Shown here: positions 13,266 through 25,312 of the stretch, piece after piece
Layout: every line of letters starts with the position of its first letter
Position numbering within the stretch: the stretch's first letter is position 1
NCBI GenBank assembly: GCA_045221335.1
Contig: JBGUWS010000019.1
Coordinates: 77,421 to 141,420, forward strand
Direction of reading: 5' to 3'
Source: Alphaproteobacteria bacterium
GTDB taxonomy: Bacteria; Pseudomonadota; Alphaproteobacteria; RF32; CAG-239
Length of the DNA stretch: 64,000 nt
Translations under genes and position numbers: made by a program
Notes under the pieces: model-generated
What the model was told of the DNA's origin: nothing
What the model saw: the letters and a program-made list of their open reading frames with translations, nothing else
Databases searched by the model: none

Positions 13266-14414
13266 ATGGCTGAGGAAGATTTAGATGCATTTTTAGCGCC
13301 AGATAATGAAACATCTTCCAGAAAAGATGTTAAACAAAACGATGATATTGATTTGGAAGACGAATTTTCTAAATTACTGGATTCTTTTGTTAATCAAGAA
13401 AACAAAGAACCCCATCAACAAGAAGAATCACCAAAAACAGAGAGTTTAGACGATTTTGGTAGCACAGGTACATCCGTAGTTGAAAATGAATTGAGCCTGG
13501 ATAATTTTGAAACCAAACCACAATCAAATAGCTCTGAAAAAACAGGTCTGGATAGCTTTGAAACCGAAAATGGATCAGAAAATTTTGATACCGGAGTTAA
13601 TTTAGATAGTTTTGCAACCCAAACAGATTTAGATGGTTTTATTGGAAACACAGATCAACAAGAGGATAATGGAGAAACACTGGATTCCTTTACAACCAGC
13701 ACAAACAAAGAAGAGCAAGAAGAAGGATATCTTAAATCTGAAGAAAAAGAATTGGCTAGAGCTGTAGCAAACTTTCAAGATGCGGTTAAAGTTATGGCAA
13801 ATAATAAAAACTTAAAACTTCCTAAGACAGACTATGTCGAAAGTATGCTTTCTCCAAACTACAAACCAAGTGTAGGTAAAAAAATTGCAGAATATCTGCT
13901 AAATTGTTGGGATATGATAAAAAAATACGATCCGGAGAACATGAAAAGACTTTCTCCTGATGCCGGAGATGAGGAATACTTATCTTTTGCCGAAAGCCTA
14001 AACGATACGAGTATGCAATTGGCGATAATTTCGTATGTCGAAATTTTAATAAATATAGAGATTTGCGAGGTGAGCTATGAGCAAAAGAAAGACCTTGCTC
14101 AAAAGAGCAAAATCAAAAGGGAGCTATATGAGGAATATATGGAATTACAAGAGAGAAAGAAAATGTTTATTCAAAAACTAAAAGAAAAGAAATTCCCGAT
14201 AGATGAAGATAAATTGATAAACAATTACTTCCATATAGCTCAAAAAGATCCGGATGGAGCTTTTGAGGCGTTAACAAAGAATCCCGCGATGTTTTCGCCC
14301 ATACAATTTGAAAAAATGCATTCTAAATTTTTCGGGTTAATTAAAGTTTCTCCGGAGGACGGAATCAAGGCCAATCAAAAAATTGGCGCATTCATCAAAA
14401 AGCTTAAAGTATAA
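13266..14414 (+). CDS. Hypothetical protein: acidic low-complexity N-terminus with LDxF repeats plus a helical C-terminal domain
   Basis: 382 aa ORF with a GCGGAG RBS; no family recognised. Confidence 0.75.
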   Translation: MAEEDLDAFLAPDNETSSRKDVKQNDDIDLEDEFSKLLDSFVNQENKEPHQQEESPKTESLDDFGSTGTSVVENELSLDNFETKPQSNSSEKTGLDSFETENGSENFDTGVNLDSFATQTDLDGFIGNTDQQEDNGETLDSFTTSTNKEEQEEGYLKSEEKELARAVANFQDAVKVMANNKNLKLPKTDYVESMLSPNYKPSVGKKIAEYLLNCWDMIKKYDPENMKRLSPDAGDEEYLSFAESLNDTSMQLAIISYVEILINIEICEVSYEQKKDLAQKSKIKRELYEEYMELQERKKMFIQKLKEKKFPIDEDKLINNYFHIAQKDPDGAFEALTKNPAMFSPIQFEKMHSKFFGLIKVSPEDGIKANQKIGAFIKKLKV

Positions 14415-14440
14415 AATTTCTATATTCGGTATGTTTAAAG

Positions 14441-14469
14441 TAGACAAATAAAGGTTTTCGTGTTAAAAT
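14441..14469 (+). promoter_or_regulatory. Putative sigma70 promoter for the downstream virD4-containing genes
   Basis: TAGACA-17 nt-TAAAAT with an extended TG motif, 30 nt before ATG 14500. Confidence 0.5.
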
Positions 14470-14499
14470 AACACCGAACAGTCATTGAGGAGAAAAAAT

Positions 14500-15900
14500 A
14501 TGGATGATATGGATGATATAGAAGATTTTCAAAGAGAATTAAATGCAGATGCAGAAAGCCTAAATGAAACTGAAAAAACACCACCAGAAGATCCTACTAA
14601 TGAAGACACCAATTCTGAAGAGGAAAATAGTAATGATGATGATAATGGCGATAATGGAGAAACCCCTGTACCGGACGAAGATGATGAAGTAGTAGACAGT
14701 CCAGGTGAATCACATGCATATGGCCCTTCCGGAAAAGGGAAAGCAAAGGATCAAAAACCATCTAAGGATGGAAAACCCGGACGAACTTCTCCGGAAGTTA
14801 AAAAAATCAAAAAAGATGACAAAGAAACAGATATAATGAAAGCCATTTGGGCGGAGATAGTTTCTTTTTATGAGTCATGTTTGGATGAGACTATGAATTT
14901 CAGTCTTGGTTTTTTAGGCTGGGTTTTGGTTGAACGAGATGAAAAATCTCCAAAACCAAAAGAGCCAAAAGATGAAGAAATAGAGAAAACACCAGCTGAT
15001 TATGGCCGTGAGATATATGCAAAATATCAGGATTACAGTGAAAAGTTTTTAAGCACCTTTACTAAGGCTCATCAAGAACTAAAAGACAACGTAGAAAAAG
15101 AAGAAGCAGGAATTCCTCCGAAATGGGATACGTGGGAAGGAAAACCGGTTTTCTATGAAAATTTTAAGAATATCGTTGCCAGAGCCAGAGCTGATGCGAA
15201 TTCGCCGGAAGCAAAAATTATGAAAAGATTTAATAGAGCTCCGGCAATAGAGGAAGAGCTACAGAATAAAAAATTGGATGTACTAAGCATAGCAATAGGT
15301 GTTGCTGTTGCTGATGAAGTAAGGAATCCCACAAAGATTAAGCTTCCATCAGAAGTTTCAAAAGCCGTTAAAGATATAGAAATGTGGTTAAGTGATACGA
15401 AAATGACCAATGAGGCCCTAAAAGAAAGGGTACATGAAAGGTTAACAAGAATTCCTCCTTTAGAAGGTGATAGCGAACTAATTACAGGGTTAAACAGGAA
15501 ATTAAGAGAGCTAGACTTGATTACCCGAAGAAATGAGCCTGTAAATGCGCTTCTTAAAGAAAAAATAAGAGAAACCAAAGAGTTAGCATCTCCTCTAGCT
15601 AAGATGGAAAGGGCCTCAGTGGAATACTATGAGAAAATTCTCAAAAATATAGGGAAAATTCGAGTTGCCTACAGTTCAGATCCAGAGAAACGCGCAACAA
15701 TGGTAAGTGAGTATGGAGAACATTGTAAAGCAATATTTGAAAAAAACAAGAAAAACAATTCCATAGATAACTTCATGTTGGACGGTCAGCCAATAGGAGA
15801 TCTTCCGGAACCGGAAATAAAAATACGCCGTCCACTTGAAACACCGGCCAAGCCAGACATTTTCAAATTAGTAGCGCAGCGACTACAAAGAAGGGCATAA
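14500..15900 (+). CDS. Hypothetical protein (acidic disordered N-terminus, helical body, basic C-terminus)
   Basis: ATG at 14500 after a GAGGAG RBS; 466 aa; ends KLVAQRLQRRA. Confidence 0.75.
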   Translation: MDDMDDIEDFQRELNADAESLNETEKTPPEDPTNEDTNSEEENSNDDDNGDNGETPVPDEDDEVVDSPGESHAYGPSGKGKAKDQKPSKDGKPGRTSPEVKKIKKDDKETDIMKAIWAEIVSFYESCLDETMNFSLGFLGWVLVERDEKSPKPKEPKDEEIEKTPADYGREIYAKYQDYSEKFLSTFTKAHQELKDNVEKEEAGIPPKWDTWEGKPVFYENFKNIVARARADANSPEAKIMKRFNRAPAIEEELQNKKLDVLSIAIGVAVADEVRNPTKIKLPSEVSKAVKDIEMWLSDTKMTNEALKERVHERLTRIPPLEGDSELITGLNRKLRELDLITRRNEPVNALLKEKIRETKELASPLAKMERASVEYYEKILKNIGKIRVAYSSDPEKRATMVSEYGEHCKAIFEKNKKNNSIDNFMLDGQPIGDLPEPEIKIRRPLETPAKPDIFKLVAQRLQRRA

Positions 15901-15901
15901 G

Positions 15902-16384
15902 ATGAAAAAAATCAAAAAAATGCTAAGGTTTTTGATTATCAGCATCATTTGTCTGATAGCTTTCTTGGCTGTTTTCAGAAGCTTATTTATTGTTATTTGG
16001 CATTTTGATATTTTAAGCAGCAAGTCATATAGGCTGATTGCGGAATATTGGGAGCGCGGTGGAGTTTTCAATACCGCGCGTGACTATAGTTTAGGAGCTG
16101 CTCTGATTATTTTACCGATAGCTTGGTTAATAAGTAGCTACAAATTATACAAATTTGGTCTCGTTAAATTCTTACTCCTCCCAATCGTAAAAACTTACAA
16201 AAAAATCACACGGCCCAAAAATATGGAAGTTGAGCATGTAAAAATAAAAAATTTGAGAGCCAAAAGCAAAACGATAGATGAAATTATATCAGAACGCATA
16301 AAGGAGAAAGGAGAAGCCCATACTTCCAATAAAGTATCACGCAATTTACGCGAACAAATTTCTGCAAAAATAGAGGAAAACTAA
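15902..16384 (+). CDS. Hypothetical two-TM membrane protein (WHFDI motif), paralogue of the next gene
   Basis: Two hydrophobic segments flanking WHFDILSSKSYRLIAEYWERGG; begins 1 nt after the upstream stop. Confidence 0.75.
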   Translation: MKKIKKMLRFLIISIICLIAFLAVFRSLFIVIWHFDILSSKSYRLIAEYWERGGVFNTARDYSLGAALIILPIAWLISSYKLYKFGLVKFLLLPIVKTYKKITRPKNMEVEHVKIKNLRAKSKTIDEIISERIKEKGEAHTSNKVSRNLREQISAKIEEN

Positions 16385-16446
16385 AAAAATAATCACTTAT
16401 TAACTAATGGATTCTATAATAAGAAAATAAAAAATCGGAGAGAATT

Positions 16447-17700
16447 TTGAAACCGCTGCTAATTATATTAAAAACCCTGTTTATAGGCTGTCTGTGGAGC
16501 ATAATCTTTATAGACGGATTGAGGGTTGTCTTATTAATAAATTGGCATTTTGATATATGTCTAAGAGAACATTGGCGGTTGTTGGGGCAAAAATGGAATA
16601 GCGGTGCTCCTATCAGCAAATCCGAATTAGCGTTTTTTCTGATAATTGTTTGTTCCATACCGATGTGGACGGCCGGATGGATAGGCTTATGCGCAGTAAA
16701 GTGGGGCAAATTCTTCAAGAAGATGTTTATGTGGCCGGTATATCTTTATAGAAAGCTGACCTTAAAGAAAAAGGTTCCTGTTGTTGTTAAAAAGAAATCA
16801 ATAACAGAAGAGATAAAGACGGTAAAAAAAGATCCGGTAATCAAAAAAATCCCGGTAAAAAAAGCCCCGTTACCATCGGCAACATTAATGCAATCTAATG
16901 TAAATAATAATCTTTCAAATGCAATGTCATCATACACACCGGCAAATAAGAAGAATCCGGAAATGCCATCTGATCACGCATTATTTAATTTTGATGATGA
17001 GGACTTTGATTTAGATTTTGAATTTGATAAAAAAGACAAAAGCATGGATGAGGACAGCATTCCATCAGCATTGGTTGTAGATGTGGATGCTCAAGAAGAT
17101 AAAATGAATAAGAGACTTGAAGCAGATATAGATAATAGTTTCAAAGAAAAACAGCCAAAATCTAAAGCACCAATAAAAGATCAGTCGCCCAATAAGGAGT
17201 CGCATACGCCGGTGCTTGATGTCTTGAAACAAAAGGGATATGAGATAATCCCATCTGCAGTTATAAAAAACACCACAATCGATTATATAGCTGTATCCAA
17301 GAAGCAATTGATACTCTGTCTTATTGATAAAGAAACAGGGGATTGGCTTGCAGATGAAGAAAAATTTAACGATGAAGAGCCGTTATGGTTCTCTGAGAGT
17401 AGTCACAGGATTTCTCCTGTACGCCAAATAGATATTGCTCGTGATGTATTGAAAACAAAACTAACAATAGCTGAATTAAACTTTAAGATAATACCATATG
17501 TCGTTGTACAATCAGGAAACATAATTAATGCAGAAGATATGTTCGATATATGGAATGAAATGGATATCCAGGTAACTAGAATAAATAGAGGCAGTCCTAA
17601 GGAGATTAAACTATTTTCTAAAGCTTTAGATAATTGCGAAGATAAAGTGGATAAGGGTACGTTTGAAAAACTTAAAAAACTTATACGCAGTATGACATAA
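16447..17700 (+). CDS. Membrane-anchored protein: WHFDI N-terminal module plus C-terminal NERD-like (PD-(D/E)xK fold) domain
   Basis: TTG start after a GGAGAG RBS. N-terminus aligns by eye with the 15902 ORF. C-terminus has IDYIAV-x4-LILCLIDK-ETGDW...SPVRQ...IIPYVVV. Confidence 0.7.
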   Translation: MKPLLIILKTLFIGCLWSIIFIDGLRVVLLINWHFDICLREHWRLLGQKWNSGAPISKSELAFFLIIVCSIPMWTAGWIGLCAVKWGKFFKKMFMWPVYLYRKLTLKKKVPVVVKKKSITEEIKTVKKDPVIKKIPVKKAPLPSATLMQSNVNNNLSNAMSSYTPANKKNPEMPSDHALFNFDDEDFDLDFEFDKKDKSMDEDSIPSALVVDVDAQEDKMNKRLEADIDNSFKEKQPKSKAPIKDQSPNKESHTPVLDVLKQKGYEIIPSAVIKNTTIDYIAVSKKQLILCLIDKETGDWLADEEKFNDEEPLWFSESSHRISPVRQIDIARDVLKTKLTIAELNFKIIPYVVVQSGNIINAEDMFDIWNEMDIQVTRINRGSPKEIKLFSKALDNCEDKVDKGTFEKLKKLIRSMT

Positions 17701-17717
17701 ATTTTTAGGGGTGAAAA

Positions 17718-19940
17718 ATGGTAAAAGAAAGAGGAAAAGAGTGGGAAGAATACGATAACGCTGTCAAATGGATGGCGATAACTTTCTTTATTGCATTGAT
17801 TTTAACCATCATTTTGGCTTATATTGCACAGCCACTGGCTTTTCTTGTTCAAAAGGGCGTTTCAAAGGAAAACGTAGACATAGCCTGGAAATTTGTTAGA
17901 AAATCTCTTATGGATCCTGGTTTCTTATACGATAGGTATGTGCGGTGGTTTAAACAATTATATCATTACAGCGGTGATTTTAAACCAAGTTTGTGGATAC
18001 CGATTCTTCCAATCATTTCTTTTCCACTTATATTGATAATTGGTGGAATTAAATGTCCTTATAAATTTCAATCCAATGTACATGGATCGGCACATATTGC
18101 AACACTTCGTGATATTGAAAAAATGGAATTATTGGGCTTTGATGGCTTCTGCATGGTTGTTGGCAGATTTCAAGGCAAATTGTTGAAATTAAAAGAGACA
18201 CTATCAACTCTATGTTGTGCGCCTCCAGGAACAGGTAAAACTGTAGGTGTAGTTATTCCAACGATTTTTAACTCTGAAGGGATGAGCATTATTGTTAACG
18301 ACCCTAAGCCCGAACTATGTTACAAAACAACAGGAGCAAGAAACAAAGTCGGACCGGTTTTTGTTATCAACTGGGGTAAAGAAGACAATCCTGCAACCGG
18401 TGAGTATTATCCAAGTTGGAATCCGCTTTCTCCTGGTACCTTACCAGCACCTGGGCCAGCAAGAGATCTATACGTGGATTCCATGTGTAATACATTGGTG
18501 GAAGACCCGAAAGGCAATGCTGACCCACACTGGTCAAAAACAGGACGTAGTGCGCTCTGTGGTTTTATCCACTTTATTGCTTCAAAGTGTGAGAGGGCTC
18601 TAGCTAACGAGAGATTTATCCAAAAAATCTATGAGGGGTCACTAACAGCAGAAGACAAGGCAGAACTAACGAGGTTCTACGAGGAAATGAGTACTGGTGG
18701 GCTGCGTGTAAATGCTGCCAGAGCAATTGCAGATTTGCAAAACGATAATTTAACAATAGAAAATTATCTTCCTATCGGTACATGGAATTTGTTACCTGAA
18801 AAGTGGATTAACCATGAACCATGTATGGCAATGATTCTTGAATGGATAACTAGTTCGCAAATAGAACAAGCAAGGGACGTTAAACGTCGGTTAGAAGAAG
18901 GAGACCAAATGGCAGCCATGGCAGATACTATGCGTGATATGTTGGATGCTGCCGTGGAGGAAGCTACCAATTACGGATATACAAGACGTTGCGTCACAGA
19001 GCTTAGTGCACTGAGTGCCATGCCGGATAAGGAACGTGGCTCTGTTTTATCAACAGGTTTGACCGGTATCGGCATATTCAAAAACTCTGCTGTTGTTGCC
19101 AGAACAAGCTTTTCAGATATTAAATTCAAAGATTTAAGAGGAATGAAAGACCCTGTTACGGGAGAGTGGAAACCAATTTCCGTGTATCTTTCTGTTAACC
19201 AAACAGATGCTCAGGCATTAAACCCAATCAGTGCAACATTCGTGGATTTAATGAGTGCTTATTTGATTTCTAATCCACCGAATTCTGTAAACAAATCAGA
19301 TGGCAAAATGGGGCCGTATCCGGTTTTGTTTGTTCTTGACGAGTTCCCTCAAATGCCGAAGTTAAAGTCGGTTATTGATGGTCCGGCGGTTGGTCGTGGT
19401 CAAAAAGTATCGTATCTATTAATTGGACAAGATTTAGGCCAAATTTCTGGTAAATATGGTAAAGATGATCTTGAAACAGTTATATCTACGACAGCTTGTA
19501 AAGTTATTTTATCCCAAAACAATGAGCAAACAGCCCAGCGTTTTTCTAAGATGATTGGTAACAAGACAGTTCAAACCACATCATATTCCAGAAACGAAGG
19601 TGGTATTGCAAACAAAGACTTTAATCCGTTTTCTAAAAATGTAAGTTATCAATTACAAGGTGTATCTGCTATTAGCACTAACGATTTGTTGAGCTTGCCT
19701 ATGCTGAAACAAGTTGTGTTGATGCAAGGTAATATTGAAACACCAATAATGGCAGATTCTCCACGTTGGTACCTTGATAAGAAAATGAAAGCTCAAGCCG
19801 CTATTCCTGCCGCACCGAATGTTCCGGATTGGATTGTAGCACAAAGAACCGATGAAAATGAGGATATATTGTCTAAATTGGGCATAGATTATGATCCAAA
19901 CGCAGAAGAAGAGAGTGATTTTGAAGAAGACGAAGTCTAA
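17718..19940 (+). CDS. virD4: Type IV secretion coupling protein, VirD4/TraG family
   Basis: Two N-terminal TM segments, HGSAHIAT, Walker A APPGTGKT, NDPKPEL, Walker B LFVLDEFPQM, GRGQKV...IGQDLGQI...YG, and an acidic C-terminal tail. Confidence 0.92.
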   Translation: MVKERGKEWEEYDNAVKWMAITFFIALILTIILAYIAQPLAFLVQKGVSKENVDIAWKFVRKSLMDPGFLYDRYVRWFKQLYHYSGDFKPSLWIPILPIISFPLILIIGGIKCPYKFQSNVHGSAHIATLRDIEKMELLGFDGFCMVVGRFQGKLLKLKETLSTLCCAPPGTGKTVGVVIPTIFNSEGMSIIVNDPKPELCYKTTGARNKVGPVFVINWGKEDNPATGEYYPSWNPLSPGTLPAPGPARDLYVDSMCNTLVEDPKGNADPHWSKTGRSALCGFIHFIASKCERALANERFIQKIYEGSLTAEDKAELTRFYEEMSTGGLRVNAARAIADLQNDNLTIENYLPIGTWNLLPEKWINHEPCMAMILEWITSSQIEQARDVKRRLEEGDQMAAMADTMRDMLDAAVEEATNYGYTRRCVTELSALSAMPDKERGSVLSTGLTGIGIFKNSAVVARTSFSDIKFKDLRGMKDPVTGEWKPISVYLSVNQTDAQALNPISATFVDLMSAYLISNPPNSVNKSDGKMGPYPVLFVLDEFPQMPKLKSVIDGPAVGRGQKVSYLLIGQDLGQISGKYGKDDLETVISTTACKVILSQNNEQTAQRFSKMIGNKTVQTTSYSRNEGGIANKDFNPFSKNVSYQLQGVSAISTNDLLSLPMLKQVVLMQGNIETPIMADSPRWYLDKKMKAQAAIPAAPNVPDWIVAQRTDENEDILSKLGIDYDPNAEEESDFEEDEV

Positions 19941-19974
19941 AACAAAATTAATAGAAGAAAAAGACTTTTCTTTG

Positions 19975-22804
<2,830 letters not shown>

Positions 22805-23012
22805 TTACCATAAAAAAGTTATAATACTTGCAACTTTTTAAGAGTATATAGGTTTACAGGCAAGATTATCAGAATAAGAGGTAAAAGAATTTTTTGTTCA
22901 GACTTGGCCGTAAGCTATTTAAAATAATTTAATTCGTTAAAGATTTTTGTTGCAAGTTGAATAAACTTTATTATCATTATAAAACAATTTTAATATTTAT
23001 TTGGAGGTAACT

Positions 23013-23552
23013 ATAGGTACAGAAAATAATAATGCGCCAGTACGCGAAGCAGACGGACCACGCATAAACCAAGATATAAAAGCAAAAGAAGTTCGTTTAA
23101 TTAATTATAATGGAGAAAATTTAGGCATTGTTTCAATAAAAGAGGCCTTGCAGATTGCTGATGAGGTTGGTCTGGATTTGATAGAAATTTCTCCGCAAGT
23201 TAATCCGCCGGTTTGTAAAGTTTTAGACTATGGTAAGTATAAATACGAACAACAGAAAAAGAAGAACGAAGCAAAGAAAAATCAAAAAGTTATAAGTATT
23301 AAAGAATTAAAGCTTCGTCCGATGATTGAAACACATGATTATGAAGTTAAGCTTAAGCAAGCAAAAAAATTTTTAGCCCAAGGGGATAAAGTCAAATTCA
23401 CAATGCGTTATAAAGGGCGTGAGCTTAGTGCTAATGATATGGGAAAGGAAATCCTAAATAAGTTTCTTGAAGATTTAGAAGGGCTGTGTAAGGTAGATTC
23501 TGAGCCAAAATTAGAGGGCAAACAGATGTCCATGATGGTTTCTCCTGCATAA
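23013..23552 (+). CDS. infC: Translation initiation factor IF-3, probable ATA start
   Basis: PRINQDI, EVRLI, PPVCKVLDYGKYKY, KELKLRP, GDKVK. GGAGG at 23003-23007 lies 5 nt before an in-frame ATA at 23013. Confidence 0.95.
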   Translation: MGTENNNAPVREADGPRINQDIKAKEVRLINYNGENLGIVSIKEALQIADEVGLDLIEISPQVNPPVCKVLDYGKYKYEQQKKKNEAKKNQKVISIKELKLRPMIETHDYEVKLKQAKKFLAQGDKVKFTMRYKGRELSANDMGKEILNKFLEDLEGLCKVDSEPKLEGKQMSMMVSPA

Positions 23553-23575
23553 ATCATCTGTAAAAAAGTACCAAT

Positions 23576-23608
23576 AAAACAGCTTTCTCTACATAAGAAA
23601 GCTGTTTT
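23576..23608 (+). terminator. Rho-independent terminator after infC (symmetrical, possibly bidirectional)
   Basis: AAAACAGCTTTCT-ctacata-AGAAAGCTGTTTT, a perfect 13-bp inverted repeat. Confidence 0.8.
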
Positions 23609-23614
23609 ATAGTT

Positions 23615-23643
23615 AAAAAATCCGCCGATGTTTAATCGGCGGA
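23615..23643 (-). terminator. Rho-independent terminator after fba
   Basis: TCCGCCGAT-5 nt-ATCGGCGGA stem followed by T6 on the minus strand. Confidence 0.8.
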
Positions 23644-23666
23644 CTCTTTTGTAGGACTAAAGCCAA

Positions 23667-24707
23667 TTAACCAGCATACCTTTTTGCCATGACAGACAAA
23701 GGAATAGGCCTAATTTTATCCGCATAGCCGGCAGCACCAAAGGCGATATAACGAGCAGTACAAACCTTTTTCATTTCTTCAATGGCCGGTTTTAAGTATT
23801 TACGTGGATCAAATTCCTTTGGATTCTCCATAAACAATCTGCGAATAGCACCGGTAATAGCCATACGGCAATCTGTATCAACATTAACTTTGCGCACACC
23901 GGCCTTAATTCCGCGTACAATGTCTTCTACCGGAACACCAAATGTCTGTGGAATAGCCCCACCATAAGCATTAATCAAATCCTGTAATTCTTGCGGAACA
24001 GAAGATGATCCATGCATAACCATATGTGTGTTAGGTAATTTTGCGTGAATTTTTTCAATAACATCAATAGCTAATATATCTCCAGTCGGCTTGCGTGTAA
24101 ATTTATAGGCGCCATGAGATGTGCCAACAGCAACAGCCAAAGCATCAATACTTGTCTCTGCAACAAAGCGCTGTGCCTCGTCAGGGTCTGTAACTAGACG
24201 TTTTTTATCAATAGTTCCCTCTGCGCCATGACCATCTTCTTTGTCGCCTTTACCTGTCTCTAAAGAGCCGATAACACCAAGTTCTGCCTCAACCGAAGCA
24301 CCAACAGCATGTGCGCGAGCAACAACTTCTTTGGTAACACGAACATTATACTCGTAAGAAGATGGAGTCTTTCCATCAGCTTCTAAGGATCCGTCCATCA
24401 TAACGGAAGAATATCCGTTAACAAGAGCAGATTGGCAAACATCAACGGTTGCGCCGTGATCTTGGTGTAAACAAATAGGTAATTCTGGAAACATTTCAAT
24501 TGCCGCGGCAATCATATGACGAATCATCGGATCGCCGGCAAACTTACGTGCACCTGTGGATGTTTGAATAATGACCGGTGCATTAACTTCCTTTGCTGCT
24601 TCACAAACAGCAATAACCTGTTCCATATCATTAATATTAAAAGCCGGAACACCATAGTTGTTTTCGGCGGCGTGATCCAAAATCTGACGCATAGAAACTA
24701 AAGGCAT
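23667..24707 (-). CDS. fba: Fructose-bisphosphate aldolase class II (type B)
   Basis: MPLVSMRQILDHAAE, HQDHG, SSVMMDGS, GTSHGAYKF, MHGSSSVP, KVNVDTD; AGGAG RBS before ATG 24707. Confidence 0.97.
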   Translation of the reverse strand: MPLVSMRQILDHAAENNYGVPAFNINDMEQVIAVCEAAKEVNAPVIIQTSTGARKFAGDPMIRHMIAAAIEMFPELPICLHQDHGATVDVCQSALVNGYSSVMMDGSLEADGKTPSSYEYNVRVTKEVVARAHAVGASVEAELGVIGSLETGKGDKEDGHGAEGTIDKKRLVTDPDEAQRFVAETSIDALAVAVGTSHGAYKFTRKPTGDILAIDVIEKIHAKLPNTHMVMHGSSSVPQELQDLINAYGGAIPQTFGVPVEDIVRGIKAGVRKVNVDTDCRMAITGAIRRLFMENPKEFDPRKYLKPAIEEMKKVCTARYIAFGAAGYADKIRPIPLSVMAKRYAG

Positions 24708-24804
24708 ATTATTCTCCTTATAAAATTTACCAAATCTCAAGGTGAATATATAAAATCAGGATATATTTGCAAGAAAATTTTACGAAAGTGGCACGTTTTG
24801 TGCT

Positions 24805-24834
24805 AAAAAAAGACTCGCTATTGTGCGAGTCTTT
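24805..24834 (-). terminator. Rho-independent terminator after the small 72 aa ORF
   Basis: AAAGACTCGC-6 nt-GCGAGTCTTT, with a T run on the minus strand. Confidence 0.7.
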
Positions 24835-24842
24835 AATAAAAA

Positions 24843-25061
24843 TTAAGCAACTTCTTTTTGTTTTTGTTGGTTAGCAAAGAGAGTAATGTTATTTAAGGGG
24901 CCGATCTTCTGATAAGAACACTTTCCGCTCGCAATCAATTTATAGCTATCTAAAACCAGTCCACCGCGGACAACAGTTCCTAAAGAACACTTGCTACGAG
25001 CGATACGTTTACTTCCAGCTTCTGCAAAAGCCTCTCTTTTATTAATTTGTTTCTTAATCAT
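24843..25061 (-). CDS. Small basic hypothetical protein (about 72 aa)
   Basis: ATG at 25061 after an AAGGA RBS; has its own terminator immediately downstream. Confidence 0.55.
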   Translation of the reverse strand: MIKKQINKREAFAEAGSKRIARSKCSLGTVVRGGLVLDSYKLIASGKCSYQKIGPLNNITLFANQQKQKEVA

Positions 25062-25312
25062 ACTTTGTTCCTTTCTTATTATTGACATAATAAATGACAT
25101 GCATTTTTGTTTTTGTCAATAATTATTTTGAAGTTACTACAAAAATATTTTCATCACTATATATATCAGTAAAAGATTAAATTAAAGTAAAGAAAAAACA
25201 TAATTTTGTCCAGATAAATCTGATATTCCATCAAAACTTAACCGCTTACGCCACAAATTAATTGGGTGAATCTTTTTTCTTTCGGTATATAAGCAATAAT
25301 TTATTAGGATTG

